A DNA stretch of 63,170 nucleotides, filler included, from Craspedostauros australis (lineage: Eukaryota), in assembly GCA_030167865.1 (NCBI GenBank). It is 13 parts of 13 records of this genome, joined end to end, with 100 filler letters (N's around TTAATTAATTAA, not from the genome) between each part and the next. Parts side by side here need not be neighbours in the genome. Positions count along the whole stretch, not along the records: positions 31,053 to 48,209 come from JALAGF010005865.1; 12 more parts are not named here. One strand, 5' to 3'. Under the pieces are notes generated by a model. It searched no databases, was not told the DNA's origin, and was given only the letters and a program-made list of their open reading frames with translations. Shown piece by piece: positions 35,637 to 47,821 of the stretch; the first letter of the stretch is position 1, and every line of letters starts with the position of its first letter. Made by a program: the position numbers and the translations under genes.

Positions 35637-38600
35637 TCATGCTTCCTCATCTCCTGATCCATCAGATATCGACACTGATACCTTCGTGTCTGATGCTTGC
35701 ATGTCGCTGACCATCTTCCATGGGGCGTGCTCCACCAAGGCGGCGCCCTTCGCTGCTGAGCCCTTCCTCATCAGCGCAAACGACATTTGGTGCATCAGAC
35801 CATCGATGTAGGATGTTCCCAAGGACAGCGTGGAAAACACACCGTAATGACCGCAGACGATGGCGTCATCCATCACTGTCCTATCAGCAAATGTGAGCAG
35901 CGGAGCTTCATAGATGCGGAATCCAAAGAACAGCATCTTTCCCTGGATGGTCGCCCCTCGGAATCGCAACGCAGCGTTCATCATCGGTGTGCCCCAAACA
36001 ACTGACTCGAAGGACCAAGCCTGAAAGAAATAGCTGTAGGACAAGTAGACCATATACAATGAAATCGACCATGGTCCTCCGCGTGCAACGCTTCCCAAGA
36101 GAGTGATGGTGACGATCACTCGATAGAGAACGAGCCAGATGAGGGCCTGGATGATGGTGGATGCCGCAATGGCAATCGGAACCAGCGCCGTTGTCGTGTC
36201 TGGCTTGAGTATGATCGCCAACAGCTCATATGATGGGATGAGACTGGCCGCCACTGCCGCAAGGATGATGATATACAGCAGGGTGTTGTTGATCATGATC
36301 ATGAAGAACTGGGATGCGGAGAGAGGCACGTTGTTTGGATGATGCTCGGTGTTGATCATATCGCTGGTGACGTGGGCGCCAGGAGTCACCATGGCTCTGC
36401 GGATGGTCACACCAGGGCCGCATGCCAGCGTCATGCCGATGGTGCTGTCTTCGATGGTGATCGCCTTGTATTGGCCATCTTCTTCGACATCGAGGTCACA
36501 AAAGGAGATGAAGGATCGCCTGACCGTGACGAGGTCCAGCTTGGATGGGGGGAACAGGATTGCCACCGCCCTCGATCTCATATCGATGTCCATGCCGTGT
36601 GCCATGAGGACGAGGTTCCAAAGTTGGGAGTACAATGTCAAGTCGAGGATCAGTGTTGTCCCGACGAAGAAGTGGAAGTCACAAGCCCAGTCAGCGAACT
36701 TGGAGAATGTTCCTGTCCGCGCTGGACCGGATCGCTTCTTGCCGATCAGCACCCACTTGAGAATGATGCTGGTGATCACGAAGCAGACGGACGTGAGGCC
36801 AAAGAGGGCGATCCAGTAGACAATGGGTGAGTACCTCCAATCTGCAAGTCCATCTCCGACCAACTGATCAGCAGCCACGAAGCATGCGAAGGCAAAGTAC
36901 AGCTCGACGGCGAGCCAAACAAGCTTCATCATTCCCAGCACGATCGATGGGCTGGTGGATGTGTCGGATGCCGTGTCCCCACTCGCTGTTCCAGTTGCGG
37001 ATGCATTGTCATCGCCCTTGAGAGTCGACGAAGGAGCATCAACAAATGCTGGGTTGCCTCTGATCAAGGTGTTTGGTGGTGCTTGAGCACCTTCCACCAG
37101 CACGGATATGCGCTGGACGTGGCAGCCAGAGCCGACGCTGGCTCCAGGAAGCAAGGCGCCGTCGACCGTAGCGTTGGATCCAACCCGAGTCTTGCGAAAC
37201 CTCACGCTGGGACCTTCCTGCTCATCCTTCCACGGGCCGAACATGCGGCATCGGATGTTCGTGTTGACCGTGGCGCCAGCACCAACCTTGACCAGGTCAA
37301 ACTCCCGGACGGTCCCGTTCACACTGGCCGAGCGATGGATGTTGGCACCCATCAGGTAGTAGAACAGCGTCATCAAAGGCGTGTTGCCGATGATGCGGCC
37401 GACGAAGCGCTCCCAGATATCGACCAACCGATCGACGAACCACCACCTGATGAAATAGATGTTGGTCTGATTGGCATACCCTTCTGTGTATCTGCCAATG
37501 ACAAACCACTTCGAGAGGATGATCACGAAGGTGAGCGTAATAGCCCAGACTGGGACGATCAAGGGTAGCAGCACCCATTCATGACCGGAGAGGACGTCGG
37601 AGTCAGCGATGGCTTTTCCAACTTCGTACGCTGGGACGATGGGGAGCGAGAAGATGAGGACCGCGACGAGCGCACCGATGGCCTGGATGATGGCGACGGN
37701 NNNNNNNNNNNNNNNNNNNNNNNNNNNNNNNNNNNNNNNCCTCTTGAGGGTTGGGAGATTGGTTGGTAGGGGCTCTCCCTTTGATGCCTCGAGATAAGTC
37801 TTGAGATCCATCACTCTCGGAAAGAGCTGGATGATGTTTGCGGGAAGGGTCGTGTTGTATCGCTCAGAAAGGGACTGGCGTAGCTCCAGCTCCATCATGG
37901 AGGACAATCCAACATCCTTCCACTCATCGTCGGGGTTGACTTCGGTTCCTGTACAGCTCTTCACAAGGTCATAGAAGTCCATCTCTTCGATGTTGACCTT
38001 CTCGATGATGGACATTCTCATCGAGAGCCGCTTGGATTGACTCGCAAGATTGCTGCCGTGCGAACTGAAGAAGTTCGATTTTCCGATGACATCCAGCACC
38101 GTCTTCTGCGTTCCTTCATGGAGNNNNNNNNNNNNNNNNNNNNNNNNNNNNNNNNNNNNNNNNNNNNNNNNNNNNNNNNNNNNNNNNNNNNNNNNNNNNN
38201 NNNNNNNNNNNNNNNNNNNNNNNNNNNNNNNNNNNNNNNNNNNNTGTTGGCAGACCGTCTCGGCATCCTTCACATGGCTAGCTCGGATCTCGAAGACGAT
38301 CTCCAGCTGTCCATCGTTGCCCGAATCGTCGGACGAGAAGGCAGCCACGCAACCTGGACGGACAGCGGACGATACCTCCTCGACGGCGTGCTCGATGTCT
38401 TGGGGATAGTAGTTGACACCGTTGACGATGATGATGTCCTTCTTGCGGCCGCAGATGTNNNNNNNNNNNNNNNNNNNNNNNNNNNNNNNNNNNNNNNNNN
38501 NNNNNNNNTGATAGAATCCGTAGTCACCTGTGCGCAAGTACATCTTGCCATCGGCACTAGCATCCGCATCGGACGATGAATCACCCTCCACTTGCAGTGT

Positions 38601-40411
38601 GGCTTGGAAGGCCTCCTTGCTGAGCTGTGGCTGATTGTAGTATCCAGCGGTAACGGACGCTCCCGCAACCCAGATCTCCCCAGTGACGTTGTCTGGGCGT
38701 TGCACGCGAGTGTCCGGGTCCACGATGATGATATCGACCGAGCTGTGCAGATTGCTGCGCTGGGCGATGGCGATGAATGGTTGGAGATCTTCATCTGGTC
38801 TCATGGTGGAGAGATGGAAGCCATGGTTGTAGCTGACTCCGACGACGTTCTCCGCCAGTCCGTAGGCTGCGAGGAACCAGTCCTTGCGCAAGTTGTACTG
38901 GCAGAATGCATCGGCGAAGTTCTTCTCGGTGTCAAGCCGGATTGGTTCAGCGGCGTTCTGGAGATGAAGCACACTTGAGAGATCCAGCTTGGGGATGGGA
39001 TTCGTCTGCCCTTTGGGGCTCTCCAGAGCCTCGTTGTACTTGCGGGTGACCAGCCGATAACCGAAGTCAGGGGCGGCGCTGATGTGGCACTTGTGCTGCG
39101 ACATGAGATCAACCCAGAGCAATGGGTTGCGGATGAAAGCAACCGGTGAAATCATGTGAGAACGATAGGCACCCGCCAATGGCGCAATGCCCATCTCGAT
39201 GAGGCCCATGTCATGGTACTGGGGAAGCCAGGAGCATGTCGCGATGCGCTCCGGGACCCGGCTCGCGTCACCCAGCTGGTCTTTGAATGACTCTAACCAG
39301 TAGCTCTGAACGAGCTCGATGTTGGCTCTCAGGGCGTCGTGGGTCACCATGACGCCCTTGGGGTTGCCCGTGCTTCCAGATGTGTACTGGAGGAAGGCGA
39401 GGTCCGAACCTTTGATGTTGGGTTCATCGAATGAAGGTGGCGACGACGATGAGCGGCCGGACATGAGGCTGGAAAGGAAGCCATTCTTGGCTTGCTTGTT
39501 CTTGCCGTTGGTCTTGTCGGCGATGAACGGATCATGGCGGATGATGCGATCGGTGACTTGGTACTTGACCCCGCTCGGCCACAAGGAGCGGCTCTTGGAC
39601 GCCGGATTGGCGCGATCGGCAGCGCGGAGCATGTTGATGGATGTTTGGGTGAGGATGAGTGCTGGCGCACAATCCCCGATGACCTTGTTCATTTTGGTGA
39701 GAGACTTGACGAGCGGTGGTCCGGGAGGGTAGACCAGGACNNNNNNNNNNNNNNNNNNNNNNNNNNNNNNNNNNNNNNNNNNNNNNNNNNCAAGGAGCGG
39801 CTCTTGGACGCCGGATTGGCGCGATCGGCAGCGCGGAGCATGTTGATGGATGTTTGGGTGAGGATGAGTGCTGGTGCACAATCCCCGATGACCTTGTTCA
39901 TTTTGGTGAGAGACTTGACGAGCGGTGGTCCGGGAGGGTAGACCAGGACGGCCGTCACTCCTGCGCGGAGACATCCCACGAACATGGCGAAGAAGTGGAG
40001 TCCGAAGTCGTAGCAGAGGACGACGCGGTCATCTTTCTTGGCGCCCCACTTGTTGCGGATGAGGTGAGCGCAGTGTCCTGCTTCATCCCAGAGCTGTTGG
40101 AAGGTGTAGTTGTTGGTTGCCTTGCCTTTTTCATTGTACCAGGTGGAGAAGACGGTGTCGGACTTGAGTTCGACGATGTACTTGATGTGTTCGACGAAGG
40201 ACTTGGTTTGGATGGACTTGTGAATGATCTCGTGCTCAGTGGCGTTGGTGTTGGTGATGGTGATGTCCTTGGTGATGTCCTTGGTGGTGCCGGCCTCGCT
40301 GTTATCAGCGATGGTGCGGGTGGCATCGGAGGGAGCAGTCTCGCCCTGCCCGTCCCGTGTACTACCATGCTGGCTTCCAGAGAAAAGCGGCAGGGTGCTG
40401 GTGTTACTCAT
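35637..40411 (-). CDS. NRPS-like protein: fatty acyl-AMP ligase + carrier (ACP/PCP) domain + Pls/PosA-type membrane terminal region
   Basis: FAAL motifs: GCLRAGVTAVLVYPP, LAFLQYTSGSTGNPKGVMVTH, WLPQYHDMGLI, NAAEPI, YGLAE, YLRTGD, GRKKDIIIVNGVNYYPQDIE. Carrier motif DVGLSSMMELEL. Then three units of TM pairs plus beta-helix-like segments: SKWFVIGRY...RWWFVDRL...GNTPLMTLFYYLMGANI...DLVKVG, LKWVLIGK...GMDI, and GTPMMNAALRFRGATI. The split at 39741-39790 is a duplicated-flank gap. Confidence 0.88.
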
Positions 40412-41908
40412 TTTGGTGTTGTGAAACTTGGTGATAGACGGAGACGCTTGTGCGCAGTTGCAGGGATGCTGTTGATTAGTTCGAAATGGGTATTTCTCCA
40501 TTTGGTTTGGGCCAGAATCGAAATTGTGGATACATGATCGAAGAATCCGGCTTCAGTTGCGTTGCGCTGTTCATTGGATTGCCTTGGCACACAAGCGCGG
40601 CTGTTGTTTGCTTCTCCGACCATGCCAAATCAGCTCTGAAGCACACAACTCTTGTAGTTGCCGGTGGCACAATTCAAAGTGCTTTCTATGCCACAGCGGG
40701 AGGGCATGGTATGACATCATAGCTCGTGCGCCAACAGGTCATCGATGGCTGGTGCCATACTAATGTGAGTGCAGCGGTTCATCGAGCGATTTGCATGGGA
40801 GAACGACGAAGGTCCCGAGCGCTTTTCGCGTTTCGGCAGCAGAATGGCACTTGTACCCCGAAGACGTCGCGCATTGATCTTGGTCCAATGTCCGGAAGGA
40901 TGACTCAAGATCAAGAGAACTGCGCGAGGCAGAATTGGTTGTACCTACTATCTCTTAATCTTGAGGACGGTGATGTGATGTGATGATTGTGTTGGTCGGA
41001 AATGAAAACATGTCAACGTGATGGGGGTGGTTGACTTCCTTCATCTCAAACACGGCCGGCGTAATGATACTTCCCATTGCTTGATCTGTTTCTTACTCCG
41101 CGATGTTGCTACCAACGTTTCGTCCTTTTGCCAAACGATTGACATACAATGACAAAATGATTGGACACAGAATCTTGTCTTTGACATATTCAAAAGAGTA
41201 GAACAAGTGTCGCGTCTCACAAACAATCGCAGGCTAAACATCACAGACGTGCGATTGTTGGCGCCAAAACAACAACAATCACACTCGCCTGTGCCTCAAA
41301 AGTTCGTCACCGTTTGCGCGGGAGTACCACGCCCAACAAGACGCGCGCTCTGCATGTGATACGCTTCTCTCGGGCCATCTCCGCGATGAACTCCGCTCGG
41401 CTCGGCTCGGCTCGTGCCATACTTCTACCAATGCTCCGACCCCTCGACTTCACCGAGCAAAGTGGTTTCGGATGGAACTGAATGTGAAGACCTGGAGTAG
41501 CGTGTCCTCTCACGAATCTCATGAAGAAATCAAGCTGATACATCCATCAGAGTATCGCACCCCAATGCTCTAGGAGGACCAAACACGATGGAGCAAATGG
41601 ACACACCAGATTCCTCCAATCCAATGCAGAATACTGCTGTGCATTATTTCACTTGCTACTTTACAATAGCTTCGACTATAATACGAGCTTGCAGTCCTGA
41701 CTTGGAAACCAGTTGAACGACGTTTCATTGGGACAAACTGAATACGGACACTATCAAAGTTTCTTCTTTACATTCATGGCTTGCCTGCGTAATATGATGC
41801 TATTCTACGTATATCGAGAAAGCACCGCGAGATGCGCGCGCCTTGGTGACGGTCTGCGTCGACTTGTTCCCTATCCATTCTGTAATGTATGACATTACAT
41901 GATACGAG

Positions 41909-43339
41909 TTAATGGTTGTGTCCCTCCTCGCAATGCTCGTGGTTGAGAAGGACGAGGCCGATTGGGATGACTCCCATACAGAAGCTGAACAGGCAGACGA
42001 GCTTCTCCTGTTGGCTGCGGAACGATGCCTGCGCCACAGGGATGCATTCTCCGGCAGCGACGTACATGTAGGTTCCCGCACCCAGGGCCAGAAGACAGCC
42101 CGTGGCGCTGGCCGAGACATCGGTGGAAAGAATGACGAGGCCGCCGAGCAAAACCGAGAGGCCGCCGAGGAAGTTGAGGCCAAGCGCCATGGGGACGGAC
42201 AAGTTGCATTGATTGGTGAGGAGGAAGAAGTCGGCAAGCTCCTGCGCGAGTTCGTGGTAGATCGTGGCGGCGGCGATGGTGATGGCGACATCGCGGCTGC
42301 ACAGAAGGAAGCCGGTGCCGACGAGGATACCATCCGTGAAGTTGTGGAAGAAGTCGCCGAGCAGGATGGCAGACGCGAGGGACCAGTTGATTGGCTTTGC
42401 GTCGTCCTGTGCCTGTTCTTTTTCGGCGACAGCGACGTCAGCGGCGTTCTTGTCTTCTCCCTCCGCAGTGGATCCGTCGCTTTCGCCAACAGCCTTGACC
42501 TCGGCGGCAGCCTCTGGGATCGCCTCGTTGCTCTGGCCGTGGGAGTCGTCGTGATGAAAGATCATGGAAGACATGAGAGGGAGCATGAAGCCGACGATGA
42601 CGGAGACGCCGAACTTCCAGGAGACAGGGATGTCCCATTCGTCTTCGTGCTCGTCATGTCCCTCTTCGTCATGTTCGTCATGATCGTCCTCAGACAACCA
42701 GCGATGGTCGTGGCCGTCATGGCTGTCGGCGGCAGTCTCATTGTGGCTTGAATGAGACTCGTCGTGGTCGTCGTGGCTGTCCTCGTCGCTCTGGTGGAAG
42801 CCGATGAGCATGAAGATGGACTCCGGGATGATGAGGAAGACGGCCGTGGCGAGGAGGGCACCGCAGGCGAAGCTAGGGATGACGTTCTGCGTGAGCACCT
42901 CAAGACGGAACAAGTCTTGGGAGGCTGCGCCCGCGTTGCGTTGTTCCCGAGCGGCAAACGCGGCGGTGATGGCAATGCCCACAACTCCAATGAGGCAGGC
43001 GAGGTTGATCAAGAGACAGGCGATGATCACTTCGCCCCAAGGCTTGTCATCATCATCATCATCGTCATGTTCATCGTGATGTTCATCATGGTCGTCGTGA
43101 TCATCGTGGTCCTCATGATCGTCGTGATCCTCGTCATGTTCATGACCATCTGTCTCGAGGAAACGCATGAGGGTGGCACGCGATGGCGAAGACACCTGGG
43201 CCTCATCGATTTGGATGGCCTGATGGGCAGCGACGGTGTTGATGGGTTCGCCATGGACGCTGAATTGGGAGTTGGTGCTCAGGCATGCGACGATCGCAAC
43301 GAGCGCGACGAGGCTGGAGAGCGTCTTGGGGAATGCCAT
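41909..43339 (-). CDS. ZIP (SLC39, LIV-1-like) metal transporter with signal peptide and His/Asp-rich tracts
   Basis: SFACGALLATAVFLIIPE, LLGDFFHNFTDGILVG, IYHELAQELADF and AGTYMYVAAGE motifs. HEHDEDHDDH-type tracts occur at the N-terminus and in a loop. Confidence 0.93.
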   Translation of the reverse strand: MAFPKTLSSLVALVAIVACLSTNSQFSVHGEPINTVAAHQAIQIDEAQVSSPSRATLMRFLETDGHEHDEDHDDHEDHDDHDDHDEHHDEHDDDDDDDKPWGEVIIACLLINLACLIGVVGIAITAAFAAREQRNAGAASQDLFRLEVLTQNVIPSFACGALLATAVFLIIPESIFMLIGFHQSDEDSHDDHDESHSSHNETAADSHDGHDHRWLSEDDHDEHDEEGHDEHEDEWDIPVSWKFGVSVIVGFMLPLMSSMIFHHDDSHGQSNEAIPEAAAEVKAVGESDGSTAEGEDKNAADVAVAEKEQAQDDAKPINWSLASAILLGDFFHNFTDGILVGTGFLLCSRDVAITIAAATIYHELAQELADFFLLTNQCNLSVPMALGLNFLGGLSVLLGGLVILSTDVSASATGCLLALGAGTYMYVAAGECIPVAQASFRSQQEKLVCLFSFCMGVIPIGLVLLNHEHCEEGHNH

Positions 43340-44353
43340 GGTTGGTGATTGGCGTGGTGTTATTGTTGTGCGTGTTGGAGTGAGCGTGCTGAAGTGAGGT
43401 GAGTGAAGTATTTGTTCCTCTGTTTCACCTTTGTGTTTTATGAGCTTCTGGTGTGTTGCCTTTCGGATGACGCTGGCTTTGCTAGCGTTTCTCAGTTGCA
43501 TTCATCGACAGCGTTTGTGTCCACCTTCTTGTATGCGCTGGCGATCGACGTGCGAGTACGGCAACGCGTACTCGTAGCGGAAGGATGAGGAATGGAAACA
43601 AAGAAGAATGCAACACAGAACACAGATGCGAGAGTTGTTACATCACGCGCCAATAGGCCAAATACTGGCGCAAGTGCAAGACGCAGAATCACAACTTCCG
43701 GCGCCAAAACAGACGCGAGTGGTATCATGTCTGCGATCGTGCTCTACGTATGCCTTGCAGTGGCCATGAAGATGTGATGAGCGTAAGATGTGATGAGGAA
43801 CAGAATGCATGAGCACTTGTGAATCTTGTGAAATCGGTAGTTGTGTGGCTGCGGTTGCGGCCTCTTGTCACAAACGAGGTGTCAATTCAGGCCTATCTTC
43901 GCGTTGTGTGTCAAACCTATAGCCTATTGCTTCACCTTCACACGAGATTGGGCGCAACATGGTGTCAACGTGTTCCTCCCAACCAGCAGAGCGCGTTCTG
44001 ATCGGCCTTGGATATAGCCTAATGGAAACACAATCCACTCGAGGGATAGGCCAGAAGTGGTAACGGCATACTGGCAGGCCGATCACAACGAAACCGGCCA
44101 TTTCGATGTCTGTTTGCATTTGGTGGCGTCCAATTGGATGTTCACAAGGTACTGATGATTGTGTCTGTGTGTTTGGTTCGGTCTGTTTGTCGTTGTCGTT
44201 GATGAAAAGTGAAGAAGTGGATTCGTTCGATCAACTCAAACGTCTCAAACACACCAACCACATCCACATCCACACCCTGGCAAAGACCATCATAACACAC
44301 AAATCCCATGCCAGACATAACACACATCACACACACTGGTGAAGACAAAGAAG

Positions 44354-46153
44354 ATGACCGACAGATCGTACGACCCCAATGTGGTGATCCAGGCGGCGGA
44401 CGCCAAGCTGGCGCAGAACGACCTGGACAGCGGCATCATGATGTTCCAAACGGCGCTGCTGAGCTGGGTCGACGACGCGCGCGAGAACAGCAGCGCAGCG
44501 GCCGGCATGGATCCTGAGCAGATGAGGGAGGCCATCGCGACGCTGTGGATCGCCTACGCCCACTTCCTGCAGAAGGCCAAGCAGTTCAAGTCCGCGACGG
44601 AGGCCTACGAGCAGGCCGTCAACGATCCCGTGGCCGGTGCCGTGGGACGCATCTGGCTGGACTACGCTCGCTTTGCGGAGGATCGCGGCAAGTTGCGCAC
44701 AGCGCAGAACGTCTACCTGCGCGCGTTGGTGGGCATGGCGGACGCCAGCAACGAGCATCAGCCGGCGGCCGTGACGGATGGCCAGGACCAGTCCTTGCTG
44801 TGGGGAGAGTTCCTCGAGATGATGCGCAAGAACAATCCGGCGCTCACCTTGCAGAGCCTCAAGGAGGCCGTGCAGCAGGAGCATGCGCCGGCAGTCTCTG
44901 CGACGGCGTCTGTGGCGGCGTCTGGGGATGTTGCCATGGCGGATGTCCCGGACGCGCCGACCAGTTCAACCTCGTTTCCTGAGGTTCAAGCCTCAGCCTC
45001 CGATGCCGCCGTTCCATCCGTGGACAGCGCAACTGCCGCCACAACATCTGCACCTGCTGCTGCGATTGGTGGCACGGCGCAGCAACCAGCACCCAAGCGA
45101 GCTCGTTTGGACACGCCCGATGCTGGAACGCACGACGAAACATCCCGCACGCACGTCGTCGTGCTGGCCGACGTCAAGGTGGAGGAATCGGCATTGAAGG
45201 AGATTGTGGACAAAGTCGATGAGGAACCCAACTTCATGGCAACCTGGATGATGCGCGATGGCGATTCGCCTCCGGAACCACCCAACCCACCGCTCTTTGC
45301 ACCGGCGCGGCCGAAGCTATCCGACGCGAACGGCAAGGACCTGCTGGGAGGCGAGCTGGCTCTTGCCCTCATTCGGCGGCTGTTGCAACGATCGGGCGGC
45401 GTCGTGCTGGACGTTGCGCGGTCGCTGTGGTATCTCACAGCGGTCAAGGAGAAGCAACAGAAGCTGGCGCTGGATCGCATCGACGAGCAGCTCAAGGGCG
45501 AAGTGAAAAAGCTCAACGAGCGCCTCGCCGAACGCCTCTCCTCCGCGATCTTTGCCGGCGCAGCCGAGGCCAGCATCCGCCAAATGAACGACAGCGAACG
45601 ACACAGCTTTGAGATCACCTGCAACCAACGGCGTCAGCGGGTCCTCAGCAAGGCGGCGTGGGATTTCCGACAGCTGCTCTGGACGCAGCAGCTGCTGCTC
45701 TCGAAGCTCAACGTCCCAGGCTTCAACGGACCCACAGTCGACGGCAGCGTCCTGGATCTCCAATCGCGCGTCTGCTCCTATCTGCATTCGGCCTTCTACT
45801 TGCGAACGCATATCGGCGAGGCCAAGCACGCGGGCATGCTCAAGCTGCAGGAGGAACGGTTGGTCAAGAGCGGCGTGCAAACGGTGGATCCAGCCTCATT
45901 CGCCATCATTCAGGATAACAACAACAATGCTATGCCACCACCTGGGTTCGGTGCGCCGCAGCACAACCCCGGCATGCCGCCCTATGGAACCGTCTTGCCC
46001 CCGCCACCACCCCCACCACCGCCGATGATGGTACCCGGTCAACCGCAGTATCCAGGACCGCCCGGCACCTACATGCAGCCGCAGCAGCAGTTCCAAGGTG
46101 TCGGGATGATGTACCATCCTGCGGGAGGTCCCAACCAAATGAATTACTCATGA
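44354..46153 (+). CDS. HAT/TPR-repeat protein with Pro/Gln-rich C-terminus
   Basis: LWIAYAHFLQK...ATEAYEQAV and IWLDYARFAED...AQNVYLRAL are HAT-like repeats. A coiled-coil region and PPPPPP/QQQ tail follow. Long intact ORF. Confidence 0.75.
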   Translation: MTDRSYDPNVVIQAADAKLAQNDLDSGIMMFQTALLSWVDDARENSSAAAGMDPEQMREAIATLWIAYAHFLQKAKQFKSATEAYEQAVNDPVAGAVGRIWLDYARFAEDRGKLRTAQNVYLRALVGMADASNEHQPAAVTDGQDQSLLWGEFLEMMRKNNPALTLQSLKEAVQQEHAPAVSATASVAASGDVAMADVPDAPTSSTSFPEVQASASDAAVPSVDSATAATTSAPAAAIGGTAQQPAPKRARLDTPDAGTHDETSRTHVVVLADVKVEESALKEIVDKVDEEPNFMATWMMRDGDSPPEPPNPPLFAPARPKLSDANGKDLLGGELALALIRRLLQRSGGVVLDVARSLWYLTAVKEKQQKLALDRIDEQLKGEVKKLNERLAERLSSAIFAGAAEASIRQMNDSERHSFEITCNQRRQRVLSKAAWDFRQLLWTQQLLLSKLNVPGFNGPTVDGSVLDLQSRVCSYLHSAFYLRTHIGEAKHAGMLKLQEERLVKSGVQTVDPASFAIIQDNNNNAMPPPGFGAPQHNPGMPPYGTVLPPPPPPPPPMMVPGQPQYPGPPGTYMQPQQQFQGVGMMYHPAGGPNQMNYS

Positions 46154-46557
46154 TGCGGGGTACTAAGAGTAGCTAGGAAAGGCAAGAGTTGTATTCGAGT
46201 AAAACAGGGCATTCTCTTGAGTTTGCGTGACTATGGCAGTGGACGATTGACTCTGATGCCGAAGTGGTGACTGCAGCTCGTCAAGTGTCTTTCTACGAGC
46301 CTGTATTTCCACAGAGTAATTTCATCTATGCGAGCTAACCGTCGCAGCATACTAGCTCATACTTAACCACGTACGAGGACATTGTACGACGCTTCGACTT
46401 ACCTGCGCTGGTGGAATGCCCATGACCATGGCCATGACCGTCGACTGAGCCAGCGCACTTCAATTTCATCTGATCCCAATGCAGTGATCGATGAATGGAA
46501 CGGAAGGGCTGCGCAACCAAAGCGCTGATACTCGACACAGTTTCATGGCCCACCGTT

Positions 46558-47821
46558 CTATTCACCGTCCGTCAGCATTGTGCTCTGCAACATCGCAGCC
46601 ACCTTGGCAACGAATATGCTTGCATCCCGATCAGTCTGCGACAAGTTGTGATTCCCAGTCGGCATGTACAACGCTTCCGCCACCCGTTCTTCTTCTGACG
46701 TGCAGTGCCGATTCATGGCGCGGACCAGTCGCTGCGTGAACTCTTTCGTGTCCGCGTGCTTCGCGACGTACTCATCGGCACCTGAAAATGCCACGAGCAA
46801 CCTTAGGTTGGAAAGCTTGCCCACATGCCCCAACCGATCGGCCAGTTGATCATCGGTGAAATCGCTGCTGAAGTAGTCGTCGCGACCACCAATCTCGTGC
46901 AAATCCAGAAACCGCTGCGCTGTGATTGGCGCCCAGAAGGCCGCGCGCGGCATCATCTCGTCGGGCCTTCCATCCTGCACCATGGTCTTGGCCGTGATGA
47001 CGTTTGCCTTCCACGTCTTCGCATCCTCGTCCATGGGACCTTCGCGGTCGCTGACCGAACCTTGCAACGCGACCGCCCTCGTCTTGTCCACCAGCTCCTG
47101 CGGTCCGTGCTCGAGGAAGTGGATGGAGTTCTGGCATCCTGTGGAGTGACCGACCAACGCGAACGTCTCACCTGATCGATGGTGCGACAAGTATGCTAGA
47201 AGTTGGCTGTGGATGCAATCAATTGGGGATGCACAAAAAGAGCACATGATATTATAGATGCAATGCATTGCGATGATGTTGAGAACACTTCATAGGTGGG
47301 CATGCTTTGCATGGCACACCTCCTACGAGCTACTCTGAACGGTCGCTGTTTGAATGAAATTAAGAATGCGTCGGCGATAACATTCCGACACGTTCTCGTA
47401 TGAGTATGATCCCACAAATGCAATCGCCAAGCTTCTTCAGCAGCAACCCATCACCATCTCAATGCTTGGCGCACCATCGTGCCGCTCACCTGATCTCATC
47501 CGTGTCACGTCCCAGATCGCCATTTCCAAATCCCAAATAGCTCGACGAAAGAACCGGCTGCACCAAACTCCAACCGAGGTTGTGGCATGCAGATTCCAAC
47601 GACTTGGTGTACGGCGTGGGGATCAACCCGTCGCTCAGACCACCAATCAAAATGCACTTGTGCTTGGGAAGATTGCCATCGCTTTCTTGCAACTGTGTTG
47701 CTGCTGGAGGCAATGATTCGAATGCCACCAGATTGCGTGCGTACTGGAATAGAGCACCAGTGAAGGTACCGTACGGCGACAGTGGTGGTGCTTGTGCCAT
47801 AACAGTTGTTGGCGAAATCAT
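46558..47821 (-). CDS. DUF1749 (UPF0613) alpha/beta hydrolase, two exons (intron 47207-47489)
   Basis: ILIGGLSDGL, WSLVQPVLSSSYLGFG, GHSTGCQ nucleophile motif, VSDRE, DDYFSSD and GNHNL. A GTGAGC donor and CAG acceptor join DEI-S-QLL in frame. Confidence 0.9.

Noticed and set aside
39689..39974. Frameshift or split of the FAAL gene into two ORFs
   Set aside because: 39791-39948 repeats 39582-39740 across a 50-N gap. Removing the duplicate gives one frame.
41255..43710. E2F-like GGCGCCAAAA sites flanking the ZIP gene (also at 21862, 32321 and 55095)
   Set aside because: These are short motifs expected by chance in GC-balanced DNA and cannot be supported without conservation data.
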